From positions 470,508 to 534,507 of the forward strand of contig QPMI01000409.1 in NCBI GenBank assembly GCA_004431415.1: DNA of 64,000 bases, written 5' to 3'. This DNA comes from Cyanophora paradoxa CCMP329. Its lineage: Eukaryota; Plantae; Glaucophyta. Under the pieces are notes generated by a model. It was given only the letters and a program-made list of their open reading frames with translations. It was not told the DNA's origin and ran no database searches. The position numbers and the translations under genes are program-made. The first letter of the stretch is position 1. Each line of letters opens with the position of its first letter. This document shows, piece by piece, positions 1 through 19,850 of the stretch.

Positions 1-584
1 GATCCCTTGCCCCCCATCTCTGACTTGCCTGCGCGGGGCAGCCCCGACGGGCAGCGGCTGCTGAGCAGCGACCAGTCGAAGGAGTCGACCGTCTGGCTCA
101 CGAACGGCTGGCAGGCGAGCCCGGCCTCCGCGGCCCGCCTTCGAGCTCGCCCCTGACGCTCCCGCCCCTCAGGTGGAGCACGGGGAGCTGGTGGCGCAGA
201 CGGCGCGCATCAACTGCGCGGCGTGGGCGCCCGACTCTCGCCGCTTCGTCACCGGCTCCCTCGACCGCTCCGCCGTCGTCTGGCAGGTCCGTCGTCGTCT
301 GGCAGGGCCCGGGGCAGGCGGGGAGCTGAGGAAGCGGCCCGCCGGGCCGGGCCCACATGTTTCTCGCTCACCGTGGGCCGGGCAGGTCGCGGACCCGTAC
401 GTCAACCAGATCCTCCTCCAGTGTACGCCCCCTGCGCCCGCCCGCCCCGCGCCCCGCTCTGCGCCGACGCGCCGCCCGCGCAGTCATCCACGTCGGGGGC
501 GTCGTGGGGGCCGCCTTCCTGGACGACCACACGCTCATCACCGCCGGCGCCGACATGATGCTCAAGACCTGGGCCCTCTCCTAG
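1..584 (+). CDS. 3' part of a WD40-repeat protein, AIP1/WDR1-like (spliced; 5' end outside window)
   Basis: Spliced exons read PDGQRLLSSDQSKESTVWLTNGWQ|VEHGELVAQTARINCAAWAPDSRRFVTGSLDRSAVVWQ|...HVGGVVGAAFLDDHTLITAGADMMLKTWALS*, typical terminal WD40 blades resembling the AIP1 C-terminus. Stop TAG at 582-584. Confidence 0.75.
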
Positions 585-834
585 CCGCAGCGCCCCCGGC
601 CCCCGGCCCCCGACCGGCCTAGTCACCCTCCACTTCGCATTCTGCATTTCTGTTAACGTTGCATTCGAGATCTTTCAGAAGACCGTCACATCCCTCGCAC
701 GCACGCACAGAGAAAGCCCGCGGGGCCAGCCCAAGAGCATGCGTTTCGCACTCCAGGACAGGACGGGCACCGGTATCGATCACACTTTAAACACGACGAA
801 GAAGCAGAGGGAGGGGGGGCGGGCCGCGGGGCGT

Positions 835-3576
835 CTACTTGCGGCGGAAGAAGCCGAGGATGCCGCCCTTCTTCTGGGCGGGGGCGTGGGCGGAGACGTC
901 GGGGTACTCGATGGCGTTGAAGGCGAGGTCGAAGAGGGCCGGCTTGCAGGCCACCGGCTCGAAGGCCGGCGGGAACTCCGCGAGCACGACGGGGCCGCCC
1001 CCCGCCGCCCCCTCGTAGCTCCCCAGCCGCCCCAGGAGGCCCCGGCCCTGCGAGCGAGGGAGGGAGCTCAGGGGGGAGGGGAGGGGCGGGGGAGACGGGT
1101 GCGGGGCGGGCCTGGGCGGCCTGGGCGTCGGCGAGGGAGACCTCCTCGACGGCCTGCAGGGAGGCCTCCGCCTTGAGGACGGCGTGCGCGTGCGCCAGCA
1201 GCCGCTGCGCGCGCGCCGCCCCCGCCGCCTTCTCCGCCCGCTCCGCCACCGCGGGGTCCACCTTGGGCATCTTCTTCAGGCGCTGGAGGGCGGGGGCGGC
1301 GTGCTGGCGGCAGCGGTCGTAGAGGGCGACCGCCTCGGCCCACTTCTCGGCGGCCGCGTAGCCCTCGGCGAGGTGCAGGCAGCGGCAGGCGCGGAAGGCC
1401 CCCGAGAGGGCCCCCGCCTCCTCCTCGGCCCCCGCCACGCCGGCGAGCTCCGCCGCGTTCTGGAGGAGGGTGTCGTAGAGGCGGACGAGGTCCTCGGGGC
1501 GGGGCCCCGCGCGCCGGCCCTCGGCCCGCGCCATCTTCGCCGCCTGCTCCGCCACCAGCAGCAGGTTCCGCTCGATCGTCTGCCCGCAGCGCTGAGCGCC
1601 CCGGGGGCGCCAGGGAGGGGGCGGGGGCGCAGGGAACCCGGCGCAGGAGCGTCTCGCTGGCGTAGGCGAGCAGCGCGTTCAGCTCGGCCGTCGCCGCCTG
1701 CGGAGCGCGCCCCGTCAGGCGCGCGGGGAGGAGGGCGCGGGGCGGGCGGCGCACGGGGCCGGAGCCGTAGAGGGCGGCGGTCGCCTCAGCGGCCTCCCCG
1801 CGCTTCTGGCCGGCCGTCGTCTGGCGGTGCGCCCCGGCGGCCGCGTCAGTCGGGCCGGCCCCCCCAGAGCAAAGCCGCGCGCGCACCAGGGCGATGAGGT
1901 CGTTCTTGATGCACTTGCGCGCCTCCTCGAGCTGCGCCCCGGCGTGCGCGTGAGGCCGGCACGGCGGGGTAGAGGCCCCGCCCCGCGCGCCTGCGAGAAG
2001 GTCTGCCCGTACAGGTCCAGCCGCTTGTCGTGCTTCTCCTCCTTCGCCGCCTGCCGGGATACGTGAGTACCCGAGCCAGGGGGGGAGGCAACGCGGGGGG
2101 TACCTGGGCCGCAAAGTCCGCCGCGGAGACGAGGGCGAGCCGGACCTGCACGGAGGGCCCTCAGACCGAAACGAAGAGTGAACGAGAGTGGGGAAGGAAG
2201 GGGGGGTACCTTGTCGGAGCGGATGGGTACGGTGGCGCCGCGGTACTCGACGGTGCGCATCTGCTCCGCCGCCTGCCGCCGGCTCTCCGAGATGACGCCC
2301 TGGGGTACGGGGCGCGCGCGTTCGCTCAAGCTGCCCGAGTGGTACGGGAACAGAATGGGAGCCGGGGGTACCTCGAGCTTGGAGCGGAGGAGGTCCATGG
2401 AGGGGTCGTCCATGTTCTTCTCCATGGCCCTGTGCCCCGGAATCGTTCCGGCGGGCGCGGCGGACCCGCCGAGCGGGGCCGGGAGGAGGCGGCGGGGGCC
2501 TCACTTGATGTCGTCGTCGACGTCCATCTTGGCGGACGAGTCTGGCGCGGGGGGGGACGGTGAGCCGGGCGGGGCGCAGATGAGGCCGCGCGCCGGCTCA
2601 CCGTCGACTCCGGCCTTCTTCAGGTTGTAGCGGCAGTAGCTGGCGCGGGCGTGTAAGGGGGCGGCGCCGGCGGGGCAGGGCGCGGGCCGGCGCGGGGAGC
2701 CGGCGGGCACCGGACGCTAGGGTCGATCTCCTCGACGCGCTGCTCGTAGACGCGCTGCTGCGCCGGGTCGGCGACGCGCGCCAGCTGGTCGTAGATCGTC
2801 CTGCCGCCGAGCGCGCTCAGCCGCAGCGGAAGCACTGGCTAGCCCAGGCCGGCGCGGCGGACCGAGCGCGCATGAACTTCGCCAGCGACTCCGACCAGTT
2901 CTCCCGCTCGAGGAGCTCGTTCGCTTGCATGAAAGTGGCGTAGGCCTGCGGCCCGGGCACGCATCAGGCGCCCGCCCGCCACGGGCAGGAACGCGGCGAG
3001 GCACGCCTCGCTTTCGAGCGCGGTCTTCGCGTCGGCGCGCTTCGAGCAGAGCTGTTCGAGATCTTTCGCTACGCGCGCCGCTTTCGCGAGTCGCCGGACC
3101 AGGTGGAAGCGCTTCCGCGGATCAGGGCGCCCCGACTTTCCTTGGTCCGCCTTCAGCTCCATCGCCAGCGCCCAGGCGCGCTCGCACTGAACGAGCGGCA
3201 GCAATAGATGCCTGCAAAGGCGACGGGATGTGAGAGCGCCGAAGAGGAGCGCGTCGCCCCGAGCAATCGCGCCTGGCATCGGAGACGATGTCCGCTGTGA
3301 CGGCCTTCGCCTGGAACTTGCCCTTGCCGAGATTCAACTTCAGGCTGTCGCGAAGGCGCTTCAACCTGCGACTGCAGTACTGCCTGCGGCAGAATGAGCC
3401 ATCGCCGGCAAGCTCTCGCGCACGCGGGAGCGACCGCGGCCAGCGACCGCGAACCTGTATCGCTGGTAGTTGCCGTGCCGCAGACCGTTTTGCGCCTGGC
3501 TGGTCTTCACGGTCATGAGGATGTCCAGGCTGACCGGCGCCGCGGGCGCGACGGGCGTCCCCTCATCGATCTCCAT
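835..3576 (-). CDS. SRP68: Signal recognition particle subunit SRP68 (multi-exon)
   Basis: N-terminus MEIDEG...SLDILMTVKTSQAQNGLRHGNYQRYR|QYCSRRLKRLR, then LVQCERAWALAMELK and KRFHLVRRLAKA. C-terminus ACKPALFDLAFNAIEYP...KKGGILGFFRRK*. These are SRP68 signature motifs. Confidence 0.93.
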
Positions 3577-3827
3577 CGTTGTGCGGCTTGTGCGGCAGCA
3601 GTGCCCGCGATCACTGTTTGTTGGTTCGGCCGCCGAGGGGGGGGGGTACGGCTTGGGCGAGCCTGCGCCTACCATCTAGCTATAGGGGTCCGGCCGGTCA
3701 GTCAAAATTGGGCATTATGCCGTAGTCCTAGCCTAGTTATTACCCTGCTTGTCTCTATCGCCGAGCTGACGTCGACTGTACTGATCATGAAAATTACGCT
3801 TTCCACACTACTAGGCTAAACCTAATA

Positions 3828-6800
3828 CTACTCATCGCCGCCATCATCCTTCTCAATCTCCGCCAGGCGCTTCTGGACAGAGGAGAGCTTCTTGCGGGCA
3901 GCCTCCCGACGCTTCTCGAGGACCTCCTCCTTCTGACGGATGGCATCGCTCTTCTCTGCCAGAGCCTTCCGCCTCTCCGAGTACGCATTACTGTGTGGAC
4001 AAGCTTGAAGTGAGCAGACGGAACGAATACGCAATTTAAGAAACAGGCAAGAGCTTGCCTCCAGTAGATGTGTTCCGAGGTCTTCGCAAAAAGGTCAATG
4101 TCGATAGTCAGGTGATCCCGCTCTACAGATATCTGCTTTTGTTCCGCCTCCAACTCAACCTTAGAGACATAGCTCAGTCTATTCGTCAGCAGCAATGCAT
4201 GTTGCTGGAAAACTCTCACCTCCTCATCACGCAAGGCCTGCTCCTGCTCACGAAGCTCTGTCCGCTCGTTTGCACTTCTGATCTGAGATGCTGTCAGCGC
4301 AGTAATCTCGATTCCAGCAGCAAACGCTTACTCTGGATGCGAAGTTGCGAGTCCCAGCCAGCTGGCGGTAGGCGTAGAGCTCCAATGGCGAGTCCGGAGT
4401 GAGATAGAATACATGCCTGCCGCAGTGCAACATGTCAGGTTAACAATGATCTCAAAGCGAGCACAGGTGGCAAACCTCTCGGCACCCTCCAAGTCCGCAG
4501 TTTTGCCTGCACACAGACATGAGTTGCTGGCAACGTACAGAGAACGTTTTGTGCAAACCAGCGCGGAATCCCAACAGGTCATCGCGAATAAGGGCCCGCA
4601 TAGGTGCCTCATCGCCTGTTTAGCAGAAGTATGAGCATAATGTTGGCACCAATGGAACCAGATGCTCTCACCGTCAAACACTTCATTCTTGATCTGGTGG
4701 TAGTCCACGAACCCTGCATGCGTTCCTCAGTTCTGCTTCATTGAAAGTCTTGGAGGATGATATGCACCGCCCTTGGATGATGCAAGCATCTCGAGAGCAG
4801 CCTGCAGCTGCCGTGGCTTCCATGCAGGCCCGGCAGCAGCATTGCCATCATCATCATCATCGTCATCATCTTCCTCCTGAGGAGCTAGCAGTGCCTGATG
4901 CACAGTTAGCTAGAAACGCCTTTTTCCATCATGGCAAAATTAGCACTTTCAAAAGGCGCTCCCGCTGAGATGCGACCATGCCCTTGATGACATCTGCATA
5001 GTAGTCAGCAATAGCAGAGAGCTGCCGAATATCCCACAGGGGCGGGTACCACGCGCAGAACGACCAGAGATAACCTAATTGCAATCAGCAGAGCGCATGC
5101 AACAAACAAATGCCCTCTTCACCTCATTAATCGCATTGTTGAGATGCATGAAGCGACCGCCAACGGCATCCACGATCATCTCGGCATCGCTCTGCCAAAC
5201 CAATTGGTGGTGCACAGATAGAATCAACGCAGCAAGAGCCTACTGCAGAGGTTGTCGGTATGCGCATGCGGACGTATTCCAGGGCACGAGCACGAGGAAG
5301 GTCGCCAAGCCTGAAGAAGCGGTACCGGCCATGAATTCCAGAGACTGCAAGAAGCTTAATTAGCATGCAGGGGCATTCGTAGAGAATTAAGCAGACGGAC
5401 ACTGGTCGAGGGCCTCGATGATGAAGGCGTCGCTGGAAGCAATAACAACGTGAGCAAGGTGGCGTTCCTTGGTCACGTGAACAGCCCAGTTCAGGAGTGA
5501 CTGCACAAGGTCACGCCCATCCGGTGAGCTGCGGACAACCCCGAACAGAGTGTTGAACTCGTCAATGCATATGACGGGAGGCTGCCGTGAAGCAAGGAGT
5601 CAAGCCCAGGCAACAAGGTACGAATATTTGCGCTTGACTCACCCTCGAGATGCCCCTGCGCCGGTTATCGGCAGCAATTCGCTCAAGCGCTGCAGTGACG
5701 CATTGCAGCGAGATCGCAAAGTCCTGCAGTAAATGTCAGCTTGCATAACTTTGTTTGGTGAGACTGAAGCCTGCCTGCAGATTCAGCGCTTCCTTGACAA
5801 CAAGGTTCTCGCCTCCAGAAATAGGCAGAAAGTCCACCACCCAAGAGCGGAACAGGAGGAACTTCACGGCCATCTGTTCAAGGAGTTGTTAGCTAGTGCT
5901 GATTTCACTAGTCCAGCAGAAGCTGACACACCTGCTCATTGAAGAACCGAACAAAGTCATTCACACTCGAGACTGGCCTCTGCAAAGGGCATCAGCATCA
6001 AATCAAGCATATCATCTCAGGGAGTTTGATGGAGATCGACGATCACCTCTCGGAGATCGATCTTGACGGCCCCAGGTCGCTTCGAGAGAACGTGGTTCAG
6101 AAGTGTGGACTTTCCAGCATCAGACGGGCTGTAGCACAGTCAACTCCTGTGGCTTGCAGCAAGAGGGAGGCCTAAAGCGAACCCAGTGAGAATCATGATG
6201 CGGTCCGGCGTCTGCTCGAAGAGTGCCTGAAGAGTCCGCATCTCCTCGTCACGCCCGAAGAAGTGAGTGAGCTCGCGGAGTGAACGGGGTCGCATCAGGT
6301 GCTCCTCCGTGATCTTAGCGCGGTCGAGATCGAGGTAGATGTAGTAAGCCGCCGGAGCGAAAGCCAGGGCCGTCTGCGAAGAAGCGCGCGACGGCGTTTA
6401 GAGCCGGGAGGAGAATGCGGCAGCAAGTTCACCAGCCCAACTAAGCTGCTATTTGTTCCGGCAGCGTCTCTATATAACGTATGTTCCAGTCTAGAGCAGC
6501 GCCGAGCAGCGCCGAGCAGAGCCGAGTATGCGGTTCGCAGCCGTTTCAACAAGCAGCCGGCGACGAAGGCCAGGCACGTCCATAGCGCACCCCGCAGAGC
6601 TTGAGCCCTTGGAAGAACATGCGCCCCCAGCCGCGGGACGAGCTGCCGGAACTGCCGCCGGATGAGCTGCCGCCACCGCCGGCGTTTTCGCCCGCGTTCC
6701 CGGCGACCACGGCTGCGGCGGAAGACGCCGAACGGGACGTCGAAATGCCGCGCCGTGCGGCAAGGGCGGCCGCCCGCACGCCGACCTGCGCGATGCTCAA

Positions 6801-6852
6801 CGAGTTGTACGCACGCGGAGCCCGTCGTCTGGCGGACCTTGCTGACAAACAT
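3828..6852 (-). CDS. P-loop NTPase of the archaeal-ATPase (ATPase_2)/Yme2-RNA12-like type; predicted mitochondrial presequence, one TM helix and C-terminal coiled coil
   Basis: Hand-spliced: MFVSK|VGVRAAALAARRGISTSRS...LKLCG|TALAFAPAAYYIYLDL...FFGRDEEMRTLQALFEQTPDRIMILTG|PSDAGKST (Walker A split by an intron near 6129-6182). Walker B is PPVICIDEFN, followed by LLNWAVHVTKERHLAHVVIASSD and RFFRLGDL. Winged-helix-like VDYHQIKNEVFDG|DEAPMRALIRDDLL; coiled-coil tail ends ...EKDDGGDE*. Confidence 0.75.
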
Positions 6853-7074
6853 GGCGGCGGCGAGCTACAATGCGGCCTGGAGGCTTGGGGACTTGCCGCT
6901 CTTGCGGCTCTTGAAGCCGCTCTTCCGGCCGGGGGGTACGGTCGCCGGTGAAGTTGAGCCGTGGTTTGTTCGTGAGCACTAGCCGTCGTTCGCTCGCCGT
7001 GTGCCAAAGCAAGCCAGACCTTCAGAGCCAGCAGCCCTCGCGACCTTGCCCGCAGACCTTGCGACAACATCACA

Positions 7075-9081
7075 ATGCTCCGTGCAGTGGCAGCAAGGTC
7101 CCTGGTAGGGCCTGCATCACGCGGAAGGCTTTCCCGGTTCGTCCATGGTCGCGATCCACACCCGTGCCGCATCGCCGACGCCTGTCCGCAGCGCTCTCGC
7201 AGGTGCCGCGGAGGTGCCGCCCTCGCCTACGGCCGCTCAACCATCACTCGATGCAGAGACACCGTGGGCGAGAGTACCGCGCGCCCTCGCGAGCAGTATG
7301 GCTGTCCGCCGAGGCCGTTCATCGCCATCCAAGGTCGTCGATTTGGGCGAGGTTGAAATCAACCTGGACGGCTGGAAGCGCGAGCTTTCAAAGCACGGCG
7401 TTCGGATCCGCGACACCGAAGCAGAGGAGCTGGAGGGGATCGACGCGGACGACGAAGGCGCGGTGGACGCCGAGGACGTCAAGGCCGTCGCCGCCCTGCT
7501 CCAGCCGCCGGTTCCTTTCGAGTACAGCAACCTTCCACCCGAGAAGAACGGCAAGAAGGTGCGCCCTCCGCTCGCGCAATCGCAGTCGGCCCTTCACTCA
7601 ACACCGCGTAGCTGTACTTCGACAGCGCGGGCCAGCCCGTGTACATGAAGGAATGGAAGTGCGCTGCAATGCTCGATCGCGCTCCTGCGGCCGCTCTGAT
7701 GCACATGCCGTCCAGGGACCTGCGGCGCATGGAGCGGTACCTGCAGGAGCGGCCGCAGAAGCTCGTTCAGTCGTGCGCATTCCTTACAGTCTCGCTTTGC
7801 GCGAGCGCTGAGCGGTATCCCTAGGCGGAAGGACGGCAGCGCGCCGGCCCCCGTCAGGATGCCACGCGCAATCGAAGCCGCGGAGGACTTCGTCGATGAG
7901 GATGCTGCGGCGGCAGCCGGGGACCAGAAGAAGCCGCGCGTGAGTTGGCGCCCCTTCCGTCGCCCGCGCCCCGCGCCGGCCCGACGCGGTGAGCCGCGCA
8001 GTCGCGCAAGACGGCGATGCTCAACGACCGACTGGTCCGCGCGAACATCGACGTGCGCGTTTCCGCCCGCGCGCCCACCGATCCGGTCCGATCCGATATC
8101 CCTTATCCGACGCAACTTTCCGCAGCCTGCGATCTTCCGGAAGCACAAGCACGACCTGTACGCGAGCATCGAGTACAGCCGGCAGCTGGTCGCCGAGCGC
8201 CGCGCCCTCCGTGCGCGCCGCCCTCCCGCAAGACGCGCGGACGCGGCTGACTCGCCGGCGGGGGCAGTGGAGGGCCTGCGGGAGCGCACTGGGGTGCCGG
8301 TCGAGGCGCAGATGACCCTCATCGAGGTCCTCCAGATCCTCTCCGATGAGAAGGTGCCCTACTCTCCCCACCCCTCCCCACCCTAACAACACCCCCCACC
8401 CCTCCGGCCGCCGGCGCCAGCGCGCGCGGCTTGGCGGCCCCCGGCTCCCCGCTCACCTGGCGGGCGGGCGGCAGGTCTTCGACGTGCACGTGGTGGAGAC
8501 GCGGCGGCGGACGGACCACCACACGCACGACTTCCTCGTCTTCGCGTCCTGCCGCACCGACCGCCACGCCCGCGCCGGCGCCGACCGCCTCTGCAAGGCG
8601 GTCCGCCGTCCTCGCCCCCGCATCGCCTCCGCATCGCCCCGCCTCGCCCCCGCCGACGCCAGCGGCGCGCAGCTGCGGGAGAAGGGGGTGCTGATCGACG
8701 GACGCTACCCGCCCTACGTCGACGGGCGCGACTCGGACGACTGGATGGTCGTCGACTGCGGTGCGCCGCCCCCCGGCGCCCGCCTCCGCCGGCCGGGGGC
8801 CGACGGGGGGGGCGGGGCGGGCAGAGCTGGCGTCGGTGCACTTCTTCACGGAGGAGGCGCGGCGCTCGTACGACGTGGACTCGCTCTGGGAGCAGGAGAA
8901 GGAGCCCGAGGCGGCCTTCAACCCGGCCACCATGAACCCCTTCGTCGCCAAGCGCGAGGCCAAGCGCCGGCACCGCCGCGCGCAGAGCGAGGCCCGCCGC
9001 CAGCGCGAGGCCGCCGCCGCCGCCGCCGCCGGCCCCGCCCCGGAGGCCCCGGGCGTCGAGATGGAGGCCCTGTCCGCCTGA
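7075..9081 (+). CDS. Ribosome silencing factor RsfS/Iojap (MALSU1-like) with a long N-terminal extension, probably mitochondrial
   Basis: Starts MLRAVAARSL (presequence-like). C-terminal exons VFDVHVVETRRRTD...FLVFASCRTDRHARAGADRL, VDGRDSDDWMVVDCG and VHFFTEEARRSYDVDSLW match the RsfS family pattern (DWxxxDxG...VHxF...R..YxLExLW). Confidence 0.85.
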
Positions 9082-9570
9082 GCGGGCCCCGGCGAGCCCG
9101 CCCCCCAGCCCGAGCGCTCCTTCTTTCAAGCGACACGCCCCCTCCAGAAGAGTCCCCGAGTTTACGTAACAGTCACACAGTATCGAATACAGACAGCAAT
9201 TTGTCAGCAGAGAATGAAGAATACAATCAGGTTTTGAAGAATGCAGAATTCAGCACTTGGCCCAGTGGAATGAGCTCGTCACGGCGCCTGCTAGCTGGGC
9301 CTCGATCCTGCACGCTGCACTGCGGCAGCTGTGCATGCATATATGCGCATGCCGGCTGAATTCCCGATTCGAAGCGCTAGCTAGCGCGCGCTGGCCGGCG
9401 CCAGCAGCCGCTAGCGCTGAGCTTCGAATTCGAGGCTGTAGTGCCGCTGTACGTACATGTGAGCTAGGGCTGGCGCTTGGCTTCGAATTCAAGCTTACAT
9501 AGGCATGCGCAGTGCGCACGCGCATATGCTTGCATCCACACCTGCTCATTCGCATTCGAATTCATGCATA

Positions 9571-9919
9571 CTGTAATTCGGGTAATATTTAAGACCCCAA
9601 AATAATTAGTAATCCCGGGGTTTGGTCGGTTTAGTAGGCTGAAAATAATTAAGAGATATCGATAGCCGCGCGGAGTGCTTTAGTATACGTAGCGGCCTTT
9701 GGAAGGGGGTGGGCGCACCAGGGGGTCTTGATCTGTTGGAGAGTCCGGAAGCCCCCTAGCACTATAGCTAGCTTCTCCCGCACTGCAACTTTGGCTGCGC
9801 GCGCGGGCTACGTACCCCCCCTCGCACCTCGGTTTAGTATACGATAAAACTTTAGTAGTCAGGCCTCAAAACTTTGGTACTATAAAGATCCAGTATACTA
9901 AATATTTCCCGACTTACAG
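9571..9919. mobile_element. MITE (Tc1/mariner-type, TA target duplication), 349 bp
   Basis: Left end TA|CTGTAATTCGGGTAATATTTA; reverse complement of the right end TA|CTGTAAGTCGGGAAATATTTA (19/21 TIR identity). TA at 9569-9570 and 9920-9921; AT-richer non-coding interior. Confidence 0.75.
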
Positions 9920-11170
9920 TAATGCATGATGAAGGGTGATCAAGGGCGCGTCGACGCGTACCCTAGCTATAGGCCTGAACCCTGGTACGCGGCGTACTAA
10001 GCGTGTGTACGCGTGACGTCGACGCAGCCGTGGCCCGTGGGCCGTGGCCCATAAGAACGTACGTCGACGTCACGCTCTGCGGCAGTGGTCCGGCGTATTT
10101 AGATTATTCGAGAAGAATTTCATTATTTCGCGAATGATTTTAATTGCAATTGGGTACGTATATGTGCTTATGCTCGATGGCAGGCATTGGCAGCTGCCAT
10201 GGCCAGTGCAGCTGCAGCTGCAGTGCCCCCAGTGGGGCCGGGGCGCCGCCGGCCGCGGGCCCCCCACGTGCACTGGGTCCCCACTGACTCCCCAGTGACC
10301 CTGGCAGAGCGGCCCGGGCCGCCCGGCCCACTAGTTCTGCCCCGCGGTCGGCGCGCGGCCGGGCGCTGGCGCCGCGCGGCGGCCGCCGGGGCGCCGGGCG
10401 CGGCGCCGCGCGCGCGGGGTTTACGTATACGTACGTGCTTAATTTGCGTTTAATATATATATTATATAAATCTCGAAAATTGAAATTCCATAAAATTTGC
10501 TGCTATATTGCAGACGCTCGCGCTCGGCATGGCCAGCTGCAGGCTGCAGCCTGCAGGGGATCGAGTTCGGTCGACGTCCGGAACTTCGCCGCAGTCTTCG
10601 CGGTCCGGTACCGTATAGTACGGTGGTTCCGGCCGCGGGTGGTACCGGCTCACCGTACCTGCTGCTCCCGTTGCCCGCCAAGCAGCACAGGAATCCTCGC
10701 GAGAAGGAGCTCGTCTGCCGATCAGATCGAAATCTGGCCTCGGAAGGCGCAGGAGTGCTAAAGCTTGGTGTTCTCCGGTCCCCGTCAAAAGACTCTACTG
10801 GAGTGCGTTTTGATCTTCTCTGTGCTGGTTCGGCTCTGGCAGTTTGCTGCTCTGCTGACGAAATCTCACAAAGGCGCTCACGCAGGGCCCACCACTTGCA
10901 CGCGCTTGGCCCCCCGCGACTGCCGAGCGAGTCATTGAGATAGAGGATTTCAACGCTGGAGGTGCGTACAGAGGAGCTCTGTAAAAGCTCGCTAGAACCT
11001 GTGGAAGGCTCGCGGGTTAGGCTGGAGGGGTCCGAGGGGATCTGCCCGGCTCAGATCGGCCGAGCCTCCCCGCGCGTGCCGGCGTGTGCGGCGCTGATAT
11101 TCAGTTGCAGTGAGCCCGGCAGCACACAGCCGCGCCCAGCGGCAGGCAGCCAGGCCACAGGTCCTCTGCG

Positions 11171-19100
<7,930 letters not shown>

Positions 19101-19850
19101 GACTAGCTAGCTGCAGCCGCAGCTCGAAGGCCGCCCCTTCATCCACCAGCATCGCAAGCATGTGCATATGCCTCCGTACGTGTCAGTCGCCCGTTGCGCG
19201 ATTGAGTGTCTTCATGTCCGACGGTCAGTCAGCGATGTCATGTCACGATTGCAATGTCAATTGATTTCGATTCATCCGTTGCTCCGAGTTCAAGTTCAAA
19301 ATATTGGCTGCGGGCCACTGGGCCAAACGGGCCGGGGCGCCGGCGGCCTTCGCCAAGTCGAATTCCGCATAGTCGGATCCGATGATCCAGGCTTACCGGA
19401 GTACCCAGTACCGTAGTACTACCGTAGTACGGTAGCTGATCATTATCCAAGCGGGGGGGCGGGGCCCCGGGGGCAGGGCGGGGGCCGCATTGGCACGCGT
19501 CCGACGGCCCCCGCTTGGCAATCATTGGATGTGGCACACTGTGACATGCGCTCCGAGGCTCTTTGCATGCCGTCGCGGCCGGCGTGTCCATGCGCACGCG
19601 GGGGCCCCCGCCGGGCCCGGGGCCCAGATTTTGAGACGGATACCTGCCAGGCTGAGATGGGCCCCCGGTACTACGGTAGCCGGGCCGCCGGGCGGGGGGC
19701 CGTCCTCGGGGACTCGCAAAAAGCAGCTGCAGCATCCGAGAAAAAGATATCTCCTCACATTCCCCACACACATTATCTGCCCAACAAACTGAACTGCAAA
19801 GCGAACAAAACTGGCCGGCGGGGGCCGGCGGGGCGCTCCGGCTGCGGCCC

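Noticed and set aside
4741-4968. Poly-His ORF on the + strand
   Set aside because: It is the antisense of a poly-Asp linker (EEDDDDDDD) in the minus-strand ATPase gene.
19411-19676. Possible second MITE (TA|CCGTAGTAC...GTACTACGG|TA)
   Set aside because: The inverted repeat is only 9-11 bp in a palindrome-rich background; unsupported without other copies.
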